From the NCBI RefSeq assembly GCF_021869535.1, contig NW_026262679.1, forward strand, positions 47,306,001 through 47,370,000: a stretch of DNA of 64,000 nucleotides, read 5' to 3'. The notes under the pieces were generated by a model. The model worked only from the letters and a program-made list of their open reading frames with translations. It was not told the origin of the DNA and searched no databases. Source of the DNA: Mytilus californianus. Lineage: Eukaryota. Shown piece after piece: positions 32,101 through 47,100 of this stretch. The position numbers were made by a program, and so were the translations under genes. Position 1 is the first letter of the stretch. Every line of letters begins with the position of its first letter.

Positions 32101-35100
32101 GACTAGTTTGTGATATCAAAAACCCTGGTGTAATAATTTTTCAGTAATACATAAATTTCTCTCGTTAAAATCTAAAACATTGTTACATACACAAGCGAAT
32201 CGAACAAGTTGAGATATATAAACACCGTAAGATGGTGACAAGGGAACGTCACCATCTAAAAATGGATAATTTACAATAGGAAATGAAAAATCATCTCTTT
32301 TATCATATATTTTAGTATTAAGCTTTCCGTTAATGATATAGATATCAAAATCGAGGAAAGGGCAGTGGTAATTGTTAGTATTAGCTTTATTTAAAGTAAG
32401 TTCAACAGGATAAATTTCTTTAGTATACATACTGAAGTCGTCATTATTGAGAGCCAAAATATCATCCAAATATCTAAAAGTATTATTGAATTTGTGTATC
32501 AGATGTTGTTTCGATGGGTCTTTGCTGATTTTTGTCATAAATTGTAACTCATAGCAATACAAAAAAAGGTCCGCAATAAGTGGTGCACAGTTAGTCCCCA
32601 TTGGAATTCCGATAACCTGACGATATACGGAATCTCCAAAGCGAACAAAAATGTTATCTAGTAAAAATTCAAGGGCATATATAGTATCAAAGCATGTCCA
32701 ATTGACATAGTTTTTTTGTTTATTGCTACTAAAAAATGACCTAAAAGAGTTTGAACATATATATTCACATTCTGACTTTTTAAATGCCCATTTAATTAGG
32801 TGTGTGAATTTTTTCTTAATGAGAATGTGAGGCAATGTGGTATATAGGGTAGAAAAATCAAAACTTTGAACAGATTCAAAATCACCAATATATGCATGCA
32901 ATTTATCAAGTACTTCCAACGAGTTCTTGACACTCCAAAAGTAATTAATTCCACTATTTTCGAAGGCCTTATTTGAATAATTTATTATCTGGTTTTTGAT
33001 TGTACCAAGTGTACTGGTAAGAAGAATAGACAATTTAGTAGTGGAACAATGACTTGAAGACGAAATGAATCTATATTTGTAAGGTGTTTTGTGTAGCTTT
33101 GGAAGCCAATACATAGTTGGGACTTTCATTGTATTTGGTTCTGCTTGTAAAGCGGTAGCTAAAAGTTTATGTTTGTTACAGATGTCATTTCTGAAAATGG
33201 AGTCAGTTGGAATGTTGGTGAATTGGTGATTTCTTTTTTCAGAACCTCAATGTAAAATTTACGTCAAACAATAATAATATTATTAGCAGCTTTATCGGCC
33301 GGGACAAAAACAAATTCCTTGGCTAGTTCTTTAAGTTTATGTTTGATACGAGAAATAGGTTTATTGTGGTTATTGTTAAGAGTAAAATGTTCTTTAAAAT
33401 GTTGAATACGTATATCAACTATGTTCATTACTGAATTAAAAAAAGAGTCCAAAGATTTTTTGTCAGCTTTTTCCCGTTTTATCCATTTCAAACAGTAAGT
33501 ATGGAGTGAGTCGTGGATGATATTACGACACTCATTCCAATTAATAATTGACGGGGGACGATATTTAGGTCCTTTACTGAGGAATGATTTTAACTCTCGG
33601 TCTTGAACGATGTTAAGATCTCCTGTTATAACATAAGAAATGGGTCTTACTTTATTTTCACAAAAAAATATCATCCCTAATGAATTATACACACTAAAAC
33701 TCACATCTGGTATATTTGTTGTTTTTCCAATTTGATTGAAAATCACGTGAAAAATTCCCAAAACTCCACAGGGTCCTGTTTTCCAAAATACCCCAAAAAA
33801 AACCTGTACCTCCCCTGTAAACACTGAAAACTAGATCTTTTTAATGTTTGTCCAGTTTTAGAAAGGACAATATCAATTATAAACTCACAGGAAAACGTTC
33901 TGTAAATAGTAAAAATAGAAATCAATTGAAATAAAAACATTATTATTACAAATAGTTTTCTACTGGCTGTATACCTCTCTGGAACATGCTAATTAGCCGT
34001 ATACATATGCAGCTAGATCAGAGAAAATCAGAGAGAAAATTCCAAAGGAATCAATTGATATGCAGCAAAGATTAACACTTTTGAAATTAAGTTACTAAGC
34101 AAATTCAAACGGACCTTATTCCAATGTAAACATTTAATGTGAATAGATCGAGAAAACCACAATTACATGTACAAAAATCGAGACGACCTTTTCTTAAAAA
34201 TGTAAAAAAAGTAAAAAGATACCTACTTTATTAAAGATATTTATCTTTTATTTTTTTAATCTGCACAGACCGACTTTTAAATTGTTATATTCACGAAAAG
34301 ACGCTGGATTTCCCATTGCTTCCTATTACTTTTTTTCTGGAAGAGCACTTATTTACTTACTGATTTCATATGTACAAAACTTTGTGCTAACAATGCTGAT
34401 AGGAACTGATCATGTGCTAATCGTACTGCCTCAAAATCTCTTGTAGACTGAATCTTATCTACCAGTATACCATACTGTGATTCTATTACATCTACCTGTT
34501 AAAACAGTAATATCTCATACACTGGGAAGAATGAGTAACCATAACAACCTGACAATATCAAGGACTACCAGCAATATACAAGAAAAAAGGTAAAATAACT
34601 AAAACCGCTACATGAAAAATGGGCAAAAACTATTTTTCACCTCATGCACCTACCATTTCCTAGTACAAAAAGTCAATATCTCATTGCTTTGCTGGTATAT
34701 TGGTTTCTGACATCATGTTTACCCGACAATTTTATATGTGAGCAGCTCAATAATAAATAACCTAATTTTACCTTGATGATATTTTAATTAAAAATATTTG
34801 TATACAGTCTAGAATGTCACATCTGGTTATATCAATTCAGTATTCTTCTTAATGTTATAAGTAAAACAACATTAAAGACAACAACACCCTGCTAAGTACA
34901 ATGTAATTATTCTATTTTGGTTTACATGTTTAAGGATGTTCGCTTGTCATGTTTTGGAATTTTTGTCAGATTTTCTGAATCCTCTGGTTTTATCCACTTG
35001 AATGCTTTGAAAAAATTTGCCCAATAACCCTCTTTTTTCTTTTTATAAATCTTTTACATGTATAATTATAAGCCATCTGTAAAAGTCTTAAAATTGTCTA

Positions 35101-38100
35101 TGATAAAGCTATGAAAAATCAAGAGAGAACATTTTCCCGCCAAAATTTCAATGGCTAATATCTCCAAAAACAAGCACACGGACCTATATTTTTTTTTCGC
35201 TCTTTTGGTTCCTTTATTAATCCCCTATCAATATATACTAGTGTTATGAAAAGCTTGTTATTTTGAAACTGAGTAGCGAACTTCCTTAACAAAAACAAGC
35301 ATTGCATTTTCAGGACCCCCTATTTACCCGACCATGCAATCATCACTTCATGTGAATTATAATTAATGTTATAAATGTACAAAGGAATCCCTAATTGTAC
35401 AATTTAACAGCATTACATGTGCTATATCCATTCAATTTTAGTGACTCTTTTCAACAGACTGACTGCATTTTATATATTTTTACCTGCAAGTAATACTGTA
35501 AATTATCCACCAGGAAAGCCATATGTGTTCGTAGCTGCCATTTAGTCATTTCTTCACGACTAACAGCTTTTTGTTTATACTGCATCTGTAATACCCAGCA
35601 CTGTTGTATGTCTATTTGGGCTCTTTTAACCAGTAGGAGAAACCTAAACACTCTGTTATATCTGTAATACATTATTATTGGATTTATAAAATACCAAAAT
35701 CCATACTATCTCAAACATTTCTCATACTTACATTTTTTTCAAATTCAAAGCAAATTTATTTCAACTGTTCTTTTGATTCATGAGATAACTAATTTTGTTA
35801 CAACATGTACTGAAAGATCAATGATCTACACTGGCAATTATTTAAATCTAGTATAGAGGGACAGAAAGACCCTCTCAGACATCATGATTGGGCTTATATT
35901 TTTGAGAGAATTCCAGATTTACACTTAATGGGACTCAGGGAATTTGTGATTCAGTGAATGTAATGTTGTCATTAACTTCCTGGCACACTGAACTCATTTA
36001 TTAAATTTTTAAAACCTTTTAGAAATAATAATTTATGCATAAATTTGAAATAATCATCAAAGAATTTTCTCAGTACCAAAACAATTGATTTACAATAATT
36101 ATAATTGCACCCTTCATTAAAGCTCTTCACTGTTGTGTACCAATTTATCTAACATTAATTCAATTGGACATACTTAATACACTTGGTATAATGAGGACAA
36201 ATGAATATATTGGTTTAGTGTGTTGGGTATACCTTCATAATATACTTACTTTTCTAACACTGATGGTGTAAACAGTATATGTAATGGCCAATCCACTGTG
36301 TATGTCAGACTTAAAGAATTCCACCCCGATTCCACCGACTGCTGACTACTGCTACTACTGGTGGAATCTGTTGTAGATTCTGAAAAAAAACAAACAGATT
36401 TCAGCTGGTTTTCCACTGTGGATTTGACTTTTGTGATTTTCTGCATTTTAATTGTAAGCTAAATGTTATAAAAACAGCTAGTACCTGCTTTCATGTCTAA
36501 GATGTAAATATGTAAATTTTATGATGCTCAATTTTTATGTATTGTATATTTGTTTTTAACTATTTATTCATTTGACTTGTGTAACAACAACTTGATTTCT
36601 CGGTATGACTGTGGATTCAGTATTATTTGTAGGATATCAATTTTTGTGGATTTTGTAGGTAAAGGTGAACAATGAATTTAAATGTTCAACAAAGTATACA
36701 TTTTCTATATTTTTTGCAGTTTGGCAAATCAACGAAATCAAATATCTACGAATAACCAATCCATGTATGAAAATTGGTATCCACAAAAAAAAATGAAGTG
36801 TGTAATTTTGTTGACAAGTATGGTTATGCACATACATATCATTTTGAAACTTGAATATCTGAGTGTATATATCATTTGATAAAGTTCTTGAAATGTTTAA
36901 GGATAGAATGTATAGAATGTTTTGCTCAATGCACTGGGTTTTTTTATCTTAAAAGTAGTGATAATGTCTGGAAAATTTATAACTATAAAGCCAGTCCCAT
37001 AAGGATTTTGATTGATTCCATTTATGTGTTGTTCTTTTATTTGTATACCATATTATTCTCTTGGTGTGCAATTGAATTATGTATGTTAGATCCATGTCAT
37101 TGGACAGATTTTATTATATCAAGATAGAAATAGGACTGCAGGGTTTTCACATTTGCAAGGGATTGCATTTTGAATTAACTTACTGTTTGTGATTGGTGCT
37201 GCTACTGTGAGATGAAAATTCTGTAATAAATTCTCATTATCAAACAAAACATTTCTTGCAGCTTGCTGAAATGCTGTATTGATATCTGTAACAGATCATC
37301 ATATAAATGTATTACACAAGATATTCAAACAGCTCAAAACATAAGTGGTTACATTTAACTAAATTATTTAAGCCATTAAACTGTGAAAATCGCCATATTT
37401 TTTCTCTCGGTGCAGGGCTATCATAGTCAATAGGTAATAATTGAATGTGTGCACAGTAAATAAGTTCTCATAAACTATATTACTTATTAATCATATGTTT
37501 TCAGTGGTGATTCTTATACATTGAAACCTGTACATATTGAATATGTCTAGTAATGAAAATTTTGTTAAGTTTTTACAGAATTTTAAATTATTGGACAATA
37601 GATCAAGTTAGATTTACTTGTGTTTCTGGTTTTACAATTGAGTTTTTTTTGTATTTACCATGTTCTGTGGTGCCTATAGGTGGTCCTCTTAATAAATTCT
37701 GTGCATGATCTATAAATGTGAGAAACAGCTCCCCTCTTCCTAATAGATAAAAATCTTTTATGATCTTTAAATGTGGCACTAGATCTGAATCTTCCACTAC
37801 TAACATCCACAAATGCTAGATAAGAGAAAAATATTTTAAAATTTACAGATAGTGCAAGTTACAGTTTGATATCCATGATAAAACAAATAACATCTCTAAA
37901 AAGTATGTATAAAAGGCTAATAAATTAAATACATCCTAACACTTCACTCATCCAATTCAAACTTTAAACATCACTACATTCTAATATTTAAACAACTTTG
38001 TCATAAAACTATACAATGTAAGAATTTAAAATGGATTACCTGCATACAAAAAGATAGAACAGATAAACTAAAAGTTTAACATCCAAGCAGGAACAGATCC

Positions 38101-41100
38101 AAATTTAATAACAATATAATTTTAAAAGGATATTTATATATACCTCAGCAACATGTGTCCTGATTTTATCAATCAGTGCTTCAAATGACATGTTATTAAA
38201 ATCTGGTTCTAGAGATAAATTATATAGATCCTTGGCAAATTCTGATTCATGATTTTTCAGGATACTACCTAGAAACAAAACAACCTTATAAAGCTAGAAC
38301 TAATTCAATTTTTATTCTATTTTTAAACATAAATAATTCATATTCTTCATATTTGATCCTTGACTATGAATATCTCTTCATCTTACATTCATCATTCAAA
38401 TAAAGCTGTAAGGGTTTAGTGTAGTATATGCAAATATTTAGATGCAGAAAATGAATAATAATTTGCATTAGTTGACTCCTTCAAACAGAATTGCATCTTG
38501 TTTAAATCATACACATAATTTGATAAAATTTAAAAGGAACAGTGTAATAAGCTTACAATATCCTTTTATGTTTAAATCCTTCAAAGACTCATCTATAATA
38601 CAAACACCCAAGGCTTTCAGTTTTCACTGAGGAAATAATAATTTTATAGTGATGATTTCTTTTTTTGTACAATGAAAAGCACAGTTTACAATTTCTCTGA
38701 GAAAGCATAACCAAATATTTTTTTTTCATTTTACTTTAATTTTCTAGGAGACTGAATATTTCAAAACCTTTGGCATATTTTTTTTCATAAAAGAAGTTAT
38801 TTTTATCTTGATGCTAATCTAATTGCTGACAATATTCTATAGACCTTGTTTATAAAATGAAGACAGCCTATTGACCAATACATGTTTTTGGTTTCTAGTG
38901 GCATTGTGTTGCTGTCTCAATGATGTATACCCTATAAATCTCCCTATCCCCCCTTGGAATTGACATGTACAAATGCTACTTCAACTGTATACCAAATATC
39001 ATTGAGTTAGCATTAGTTGATCCCCATAAACTAACTTTATCACAAACTTACAAACTGTTGAAGCCAACCCTGCCGCTGCAAACAGCAGGCCATAGTCAAG
39101 GCGAGCCAAAAATGTTTGCTTAAAAAAAATTTGCATCTAAAAACTTACCAATTTTAAAGATAACTTACCTTTTTTATGTGTAGCTGGTTTCTTATCTGTC
39201 TCAAACATCTGTATTGATTCTCCAACAAAAAGAATCTTGTTCGCCACGCGTATTGGAATATAAACAGGAAGTAAGTCTGCTTGTATAGAGAAAGTCTGAT
39301 GACTGCCACCACCAGTATCTGGTAAGGTCATAGACAATGCTTTCTACAAAATATAGAAGAACATGCAGCATATGTCAAGTATCAGCACTGTTCTCCCAAG
39401 AGCCTTAAAGCATCATGGTACCATGGTGCTATCTAAAAAGATTTTATAACAGAATGTTTAGTAAATGTTGTGCTATAATTCTAGGGAAACAGTACTATTT
39501 CAAATACAATGGGGCTATATGAAAATACTGAGGAGAACACTATTCAGGTTTGCAGCCATTTTAAGTATGTACAAGGTACTGTCATGGGTATTGCTCTCTG
39601 AAAATAAAACATGAGAACGTATAGTATATTATCCAGTATATACTAAGTATGTGATATCTACCATAACATACTACACTGTTGAAGACTCTTCTATGATATA
39701 CCAAATGCTGATGTTATTCCAATATTTCTTCAATTATTGCTTAGTATTATTGCTTAGTATCTTTCTAATAAGATTATGCCCCATACCTTTTAGTTTTAAC
39801 TCCTTACCTTCGCTGCAATATAGCCTTTTTGCACTGATGCTGTGTAAAGCAATCATCAATCAATCAATAATTCCTTACCTGCAGCTGCCTTCCCGTCACA
39901 CCCATAATTCCTAAATAATCTTCCTCTTCCTGTGTCTCAGAGCTGACACCTGTTGTCTGTCCTGTAGAATGTTGTATGAAGAATTCTTTGTAAGGATCAA
40001 ACAAAGACCCATGTAACAACCATGAACATAACTGTTTGTACAACACGTCATGACATACATGTAGAATTCTGTAAAGTACAAAGATTGATTGATGCTTGTT
40101 GGTTGCTTAACTCCCAGTGGCAAATATTTCATGCATGTTCAGAAGGATAAGTACAAAGAAAATGTTGTCATCAATCAAAAATTCTGTTAGGAGGTATGTC
40201 TTTCCAAAATGTGAAATTTTGCTCCTTGTATAATGATTTATTATATACTTAGTAGTAAATACATTTACAAGTAAACTGTTTGTGTAAAACAATAATGACA
40301 ATTGTTCTGTGTCAGCAATCCGAGACGAAATCAGTCATAGTTACAAAGACTTTAACAAACCCCTTATATTTTTAGCTCATGTCACGAAAAAACATCACTT
40401 TTAGGTATATAATAAAGTGTATATGATATGGCTTTTTCCAACATCACTCTCAGAATAAAGAATTTTTTAAAGAATACGGATTCACATGAGATTGAATTAT
40501 TGACTTGCAAGTCAATAATACCTCAGCGATGTTTATGAGCTTATTTTGACAAATTGATGAGTTATTGTACCCGATTTTTCATGAACAATAAAATGTACTC
40601 ACTTATTCATTGCTTCCTTAACACTAGGCTGTCCACAGTTAGAGTGTTTGTGTACAATATCTAATATATAACAGCCATGTGCCTGAAAATACACAAAGAA
40701 AACATTATGATCCAATATCATTCCCTTGTTCAAGATTCATATATACAATATTAATGATTTCATGCAATTGATACCATTTTAATCCTTTACACTAATTTTA
40801 TAACATAACTTTCATACAGTTTGTAGAAATAGCAATGCAAAACTGGTCATGATATGGTAATTATTGAACATATAATATCAATTTTATGGAAAACTGCAGA
40901 AAGGCAGGCAGAAACTGTTTTCTCTTGAAACTGACAAACCGAACTAATACATAACAAGGATTTTATAGGAATTACCAAAATATTGGACATTTTATCACTG
41001 ACCAGAACTGTCTAGAATATTATAGATATTGTGTTGAATACCGGTACTGTAAAGTGACCATTAAAAAAATACCTTGTGTGATTTGATCTGTTCTACCATT

Positions 41101-44100
41101 GCAGATAAAGCTGGAAACAGCAAAAAATACTGAAAGCAGAAACAACGTAAAATTTACTAAACTCATAAAACTGGTCTATTTGTCATTAGGAAAGGTCAAG
41201 GACCAACTATGTCAAATATAAATTTCAAACTAATACAGTCAGGAGTACTACTTGTAAAAGTAATTTTTACTTACTTGAAGAAGTAAATTGTAATATACTT
41301 ATATAAGTAAATTTGTAGGATACTTATACAAGTGTATTTTATTTACTTGTACAGGTACATTTTTTTTTTGGCTTAGTTATGTCCCTTAGACATTCAGATT
41401 TTTTACTTATACAAGTAAAAAGTCATCCTATCTTCTTTTCTTGAATTTCTTAGGACTTCTTTGCTCTAATAAAATTTTTAATTGTCTATCCTTTGCAGAT
41501 GTCTTCTTATCATTTAAGTGTAATTTCATGGACAATGAAAATCTCATTTGTCTGATATCTTCAGAACACTGCTCATTTACAAGCCCCAAGGGGCAATTTT
41601 TGAAGGCCTTGCCCAAATACTTAATATCTTTGCGCATTTAGTTTCTTTGTTGAATTAATGAGATGAAACATTGAACTCTAATAAAAAATTATGAGCTAAC
41701 CTGAGAATTATTCAGGATTGTAAAAAAAAATTACTTATACAAGTAAATTTTGGAGAAAATTAAGGGGAGATTATTCAAACATTATAATTTAATTATATAA
41801 GTATATTATTATTAATTTACTTCTTCAAGTAAATAAAGAGTACTTGTACAAGTAGTACTCCTGACTGTAATACTTACTAAAATATTCTAACAATCTATAG
41901 TATACTGGATTGTCAAGTTTAATTTAATTCTTCGAAGCCAAACCATTTGACTAGTCTAAACACACTATACATTTACAAATCTGAATTTTGAGTGAAATCT
42001 GTTTCATATAGCAAACAAACTGATTCACAGCATTTTTATGGGATTTTTTTATCCAATAAATAATGTGAGCAATTTTTTTTTAAAGTTCTGATACTGTCTC
42101 AATCAGAAGAACTGTTTATTAATTTTGTCTCCTTTCCCAGAGGAATTAATATGTGTACTAGTCTAGTTGTTTTGAAGAGTATTTAATATGAATAAACAGA
42201 GATGTGGGGTTTATGTCAATGCAACAACATTCCAATCAAAATTGACACAACATCATCATAAGATGTTTAATACACACTTGAAATAATGTTCTGTAAAGGT
42301 GGGATATTGTGAGGTCTGGGTCTGCTAGTATTTCCATCTCAAGTCTCTGTAAGGATGCTCTGTAGTCCTCTAAAACTTTATCTAGGCCATGACAGAAAGA
42401 CTTCAAGTACAAACCATGAATCTCTGACTTTCTTTTGTCTGAAAAGAAACTATATTTGTTACAATTATAAAATACCATTTTAAACCCTATTACTTAGTTG
42501 CATTGTAAAATTGAATGCCTCCCCTTCCCTGCAATACAGGGATGGAAATAAATTTATCAAAACATCGCTGAAATGCTGATAGAACAGATTGTTAACCTGA
42601 GAAAACATTGTCAACCGAGGCAAAGCAAAGGAGGGGTAGCAAATTGCTCTATCAGCATCTCAGCTATGTATTAATATATTTATCATAGTCAAAATTCTGT
42701 TATTTGTGTCTTTAAAATTCTCAATTAAAAGTAATAAACTAAGACGTCATGTACAGAACAAGCATCCATATTTAATAAAGCACACAAATGATACAGCGTC
42801 ACCATGAACCATAATATACTAGAAGCCATGGGAAAGAGTAAAATGTTTCCCTAGTAATAACCAATCAAAATCGCATTTTAACAGGATAACAAATTTAAAT
42901 GTCTTCCAGTCAAATGCAACTTACCATTTGGTTGTAGACTAAGATGTCCTCCATATTGTCTAATGAAGTTATTAAAATCCCTGTAGAATGTACCAAGTTT
43001 ACATAGTTTGTTCAGTTGATCCACCTCTGATGGTGATATAAAAGGAACATCACTCAACACCTACAATAATGTAAATACATCAGTTAGAACAAAGACATGT
43101 TTCACCTGCTTTGTAATAAAAGAGAACACAGAAGCTCAATAGTTTGTTACTTGTTTTGTGCATGCAAATAAGATAATGAAGAGTAGATATATATCTTGTT
43201 AACTTTAAATCTATTTCTTATTAGCCCTATGTCCTGATCATGACAAAGTTTAACACTGAGCAATGAAATAACTCTAAAAGTCCATGGAAATATGTATAAG
43301 ATACATGTATCCTGGGCTCACTATCAACTTATAAATGAAATTTTAAGATGCCAATTAAACTGCCAACTAAAATTTAAGGCCAGGCAAAGCATCTTTTCAT
43401 CAAAAACACCTACCAGTATTATTATACAAAGATTTTAATTCAACAATTTCCATATGCTGAGCTGGTACAAAGACTTTACTGTATATGGAGTTATACTGCT
43501 TTTATAAATAAGTCTATAATTTTGAGATATATGTCACTTTTACTCCATAAAAGTACAATTTAACATCATGAATTCGTTTTGTGTGTCTTTAATACAAGTT
43601 CCCTTCTGGACTCGAGTGTACTTAATTATTCAAACTTGAATCACATAAGGTATGTACGTGCCTTGTGCAGGGTACCGTTGTAGTTAAAATTAAATTTTCC
43701 TAATAAAAATAAATACCTTCATTGTTTAAATAATAATTATCTACCTTTTGAATAATTACCTCCTCCATATTGTTGTACAAGGAACTTACATACAAGTAGA
43801 TAGATATAAGAAGACACACAAATAGAATTCCTGAAGTTAAATTGTACTTTTATTAAGTAAAAATGACAAATATCTCAAATTTATAGTCAAACTTATCAAT
43901 AAAAGCAGTATTACACTATACAAAATCGAGTTAATATCTATCGGTACTCAGGTTCATATTGAGTTTTTGGGAGTTCTCCAGAAATCTTTGTATCCAAATT
44001 CAGCAGGTTGGGGAGATCCTCATAAATGGGTACTATCCTCATTTATGGGTATTATACCCCAAACCGGGTATGAATTTAAGTGATAAAAATATAAACTTTG

Positions 44101-47100
44101 GATTTACAGGTATTTTCTGTCATGACGCAAACATTCAGGTAAACATTTTGCCTTAAGTAGGCTAAAGACTCCATGACTGAAATATCATCAGGATAAAAGT
44201 TAACAGCCTTCAAAATCTAGGATTTTTGGAGGCCATTATCTTTGTATTCAGTTCTCATTTGAACTATGGTCTTATAGGGAAAAATGTTGTCATTTATGAT
44301 TTATATAAATATTTACGCCATGACAGCTATCATGATGAAATACAAAATTTGATTTTTTATCACTGTAATCAGAGACATATAATATTTCTCTGCTGTAATT
44401 GATACCAGATTTTGGGGATAATACCCATAAATCAGGATGGTACCCATTTAAGAGGATCTTCCCCAACCTGTTGAGCCTAACAACAAAAAATAGGTGCTCC
44501 AAGGACCAAGTTTCAATTTTCTAGTTTACAGTTCCACATGTACATGTATCTATTTTAGTTAACTCAATTTTTCCAAAAGCATTTTCTGACTTGGCAGAAG
44601 GGCATCTGAGGGCAGCCAAATCAGAAAATTGATCCGGACACAGAATTCCAAATAGGGATTATTATAATAATAATGAGATGTGGTATGATTAACAATGAGA
44701 CAACTATCCACCAAAGTTCAAATGAAAGTGGATGTAAGCAATTATAGGCAACTGTACAGCCTTCAACAATGAGAAAAAACAATACAGTATAGTCGGCTAT
44801 AAACTGATAAAAGGCCCCAACATGAAAAATATGAATCCATGACAAATCGCCCCACTGGCAAATCGCCCCACTTTTTCACCAACTCGCCCCACTTTCTTAA
44901 AAATTGCCCCACTTTTGTTTACCAACTCGCCCCACTTATGAAAAGGATAAAATCCCATTGAAAATAGGTTGGATATATTGCTCCATTTATGAAAAGGGAA
45001 AAAAATCCCTCTGATATAAGGTCTGCCAACTCGCCCCACTTGTATAAAATAGATAAATCCTGATGAATTTAGTAATGCCAACTCGCCCCACTTATGACAA
45101 AAGATGCAATCCCGTTGTATATCTATGTTCCTGCCCCTCTTATAAATAAAATCAATACCTATTAAAACCTAAGATACACATGTTTTTCCCGTTTGAATGG
45201 TTTTACACTAGTCATTTTTGGGGCCCTTTATATCTTACTGTTCGATGTGAGCCAAGCTAGGCTCCGTGTTGAAGACAGTACTTTGACCTATACATAATGG
45301 TTTTTCTTTTACAAATTGTGACTTGGATGGAGAGTTGTCTCATTGGCACTCATACCACATCTTCTTATATCTATTTTGTAGTTCTTTTCTTTTTGTTGAA
45401 ATAAAGCATAAAGAAGCGAGTAACAGTATTTTCTGTGACGTGAATGCCAACTACCGGTACTACTAGCCCAACCAGTGAAAAATAGAAAAATCCTGATGAA
45501 TTGAGTAATGCCAACTAGACCCACTTATGAAAAATAGAAAATACCTGATGAATCAAGTTGAGTCATGCCAACTCAATGTCAATAATAATGATTTAGTAAA
45601 TTTTCGTTTTTTTGTATTCTGTGTATAAGATTTTTTTGGTTAAGTGGGGCGAGTTGGCAGACCTGAAAATATATATTCATCTAGGTTTACATTATTTCAT
45701 TAAGTGGGACGAGTTGGCAGGAGAAAAATTAACGGGATTTAACCCTTTTCACAAGTTCGGCGATTTTTTTAAAAGTGGGGCGAGTTGGTTAACCAGTTTG
45801 GGGCGATTTTTCAAAGTGGGGCGAGTTGGTAAAAAAGTGGGGCGATTTGTCCTGCTTCCAAAAATATGAAATAATTCAATTGAGAAAACTAACAGCCTAA
45901 TTTATAACAAAACAATTTACGAAAAACTGATCGAACTGCCTTAAATGCATAATTCTAATGCAATTTTTATGTAACAATTTTTTTCATTGGCTAAAAGTTA
46001 CCGTCAAATCCACAGTTGACCAGTCGTAACTAAGGAGGGACCTGCCATTTTGAATTCGTGGATTAAGAAATGTTCGGTTACTGCAATATTATCGAAAATA
46101 ACACAACACCTACCTCAAAATCGCCGTTTTGATGTCATATTATCCAAATTTGAATCGTAGTAGTAACAAAATTACCTTCAGCTTGTAAGTTTTCATTTGT
46201 ATGATGTCATGTTTAGCCATGACGTCTTTGCGCCAAAATCATTCATGAAGTTTCGTGGAATTCTATTAAATTTCAAATTTATACATTTTTTCAAGCTTTA
46301 AGTTTTAACGTATTATTTCCTTTTGTAATGCATTAGAATCGGAATAACAGTACTGTAGTTGAAGAGTTGCCACCGTCAATTTTGATTTGACGGTCGCAAA
46401 TATCCGTTTAAATGTCTCCGCTACGCGTTGCCAGTAAAACTGCATTTGCGACCGTCACATCGCCAATTGACGGTGGCAACTCTTCAACTACAGTACAGTT
46501 ATTCCTTAAATGGGTTACAACTCCTATGAAGACGTACTGTTTATTGATCACACGTAGCTATATCGAGGGTCTGGTTGTACAACAATTAATAATAGTGAAA
46601 ATAGACGTATTTACACTTGTATGCAAATTTGTCCGCCATTACGTAAAATCACACAGGTTCCCGTAAACTTTGACATCATAATTCAAAACATTTGACGTCA
46701 CAATTAAAAAGTGATTGTTGCCTGACGTCTAAAGGTGATTCGGAGTAGATCTAAGGTCATTCGGAGGCAAAATATAGCTAAATACCAAAAGTGTAAATAC
46801 GTTTATAGGACCAAAATATAAAAAATGACAAAATTGACAAAAAAATAAGAATGTGGGTACGTGTAGACACAGGAATCGGAAATTCTATCAATAAAATTCT
46901 GTAAATAATAAAGTCGACTATCAATAGAGCTTCTCGTAGACTTTATTATTTACAGAATTTTATTGATAGAATTTCCGATTCCTGTGGTGTAGATAACTTA
47001 AAAAGTGACATTATCGGGTTTTGATTATCGTGATAATAATAATCACAAATGCTTTTAACTAATTAATACTTGTATCCCGTCGCCTTTATCAATAAATACA

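Larger units (their letters stand above)
31181..33740 (-). mobile_element. 5'-truncated Penelope-like retroelement (Naiad type) in TUBGCP4 intron 13
   Basis: RT motifs YWLPKLHK, FDFSTLYT, GIPMGTNCAP and YLDD. No endonuclease follows the RT before the TAA at 31822, which fits an N-terminal-EN clade. About 640 bp of 3' UTR follows. Confidence 0.8.

Noticed and set aside
32116-32118. Second in-frame TGA in the RT as another selenocysteine
   Set aside because: The context QGF-x-YHKL is recalled as Arg, so CGA-to-TGA CpG decay is the simpler explanation.
39147-39169. Alternative TUBGCP4 donor just downstream of exon 7
   Set aside because: It would change the phase from 1 to 0 and break the frame with exon 8.
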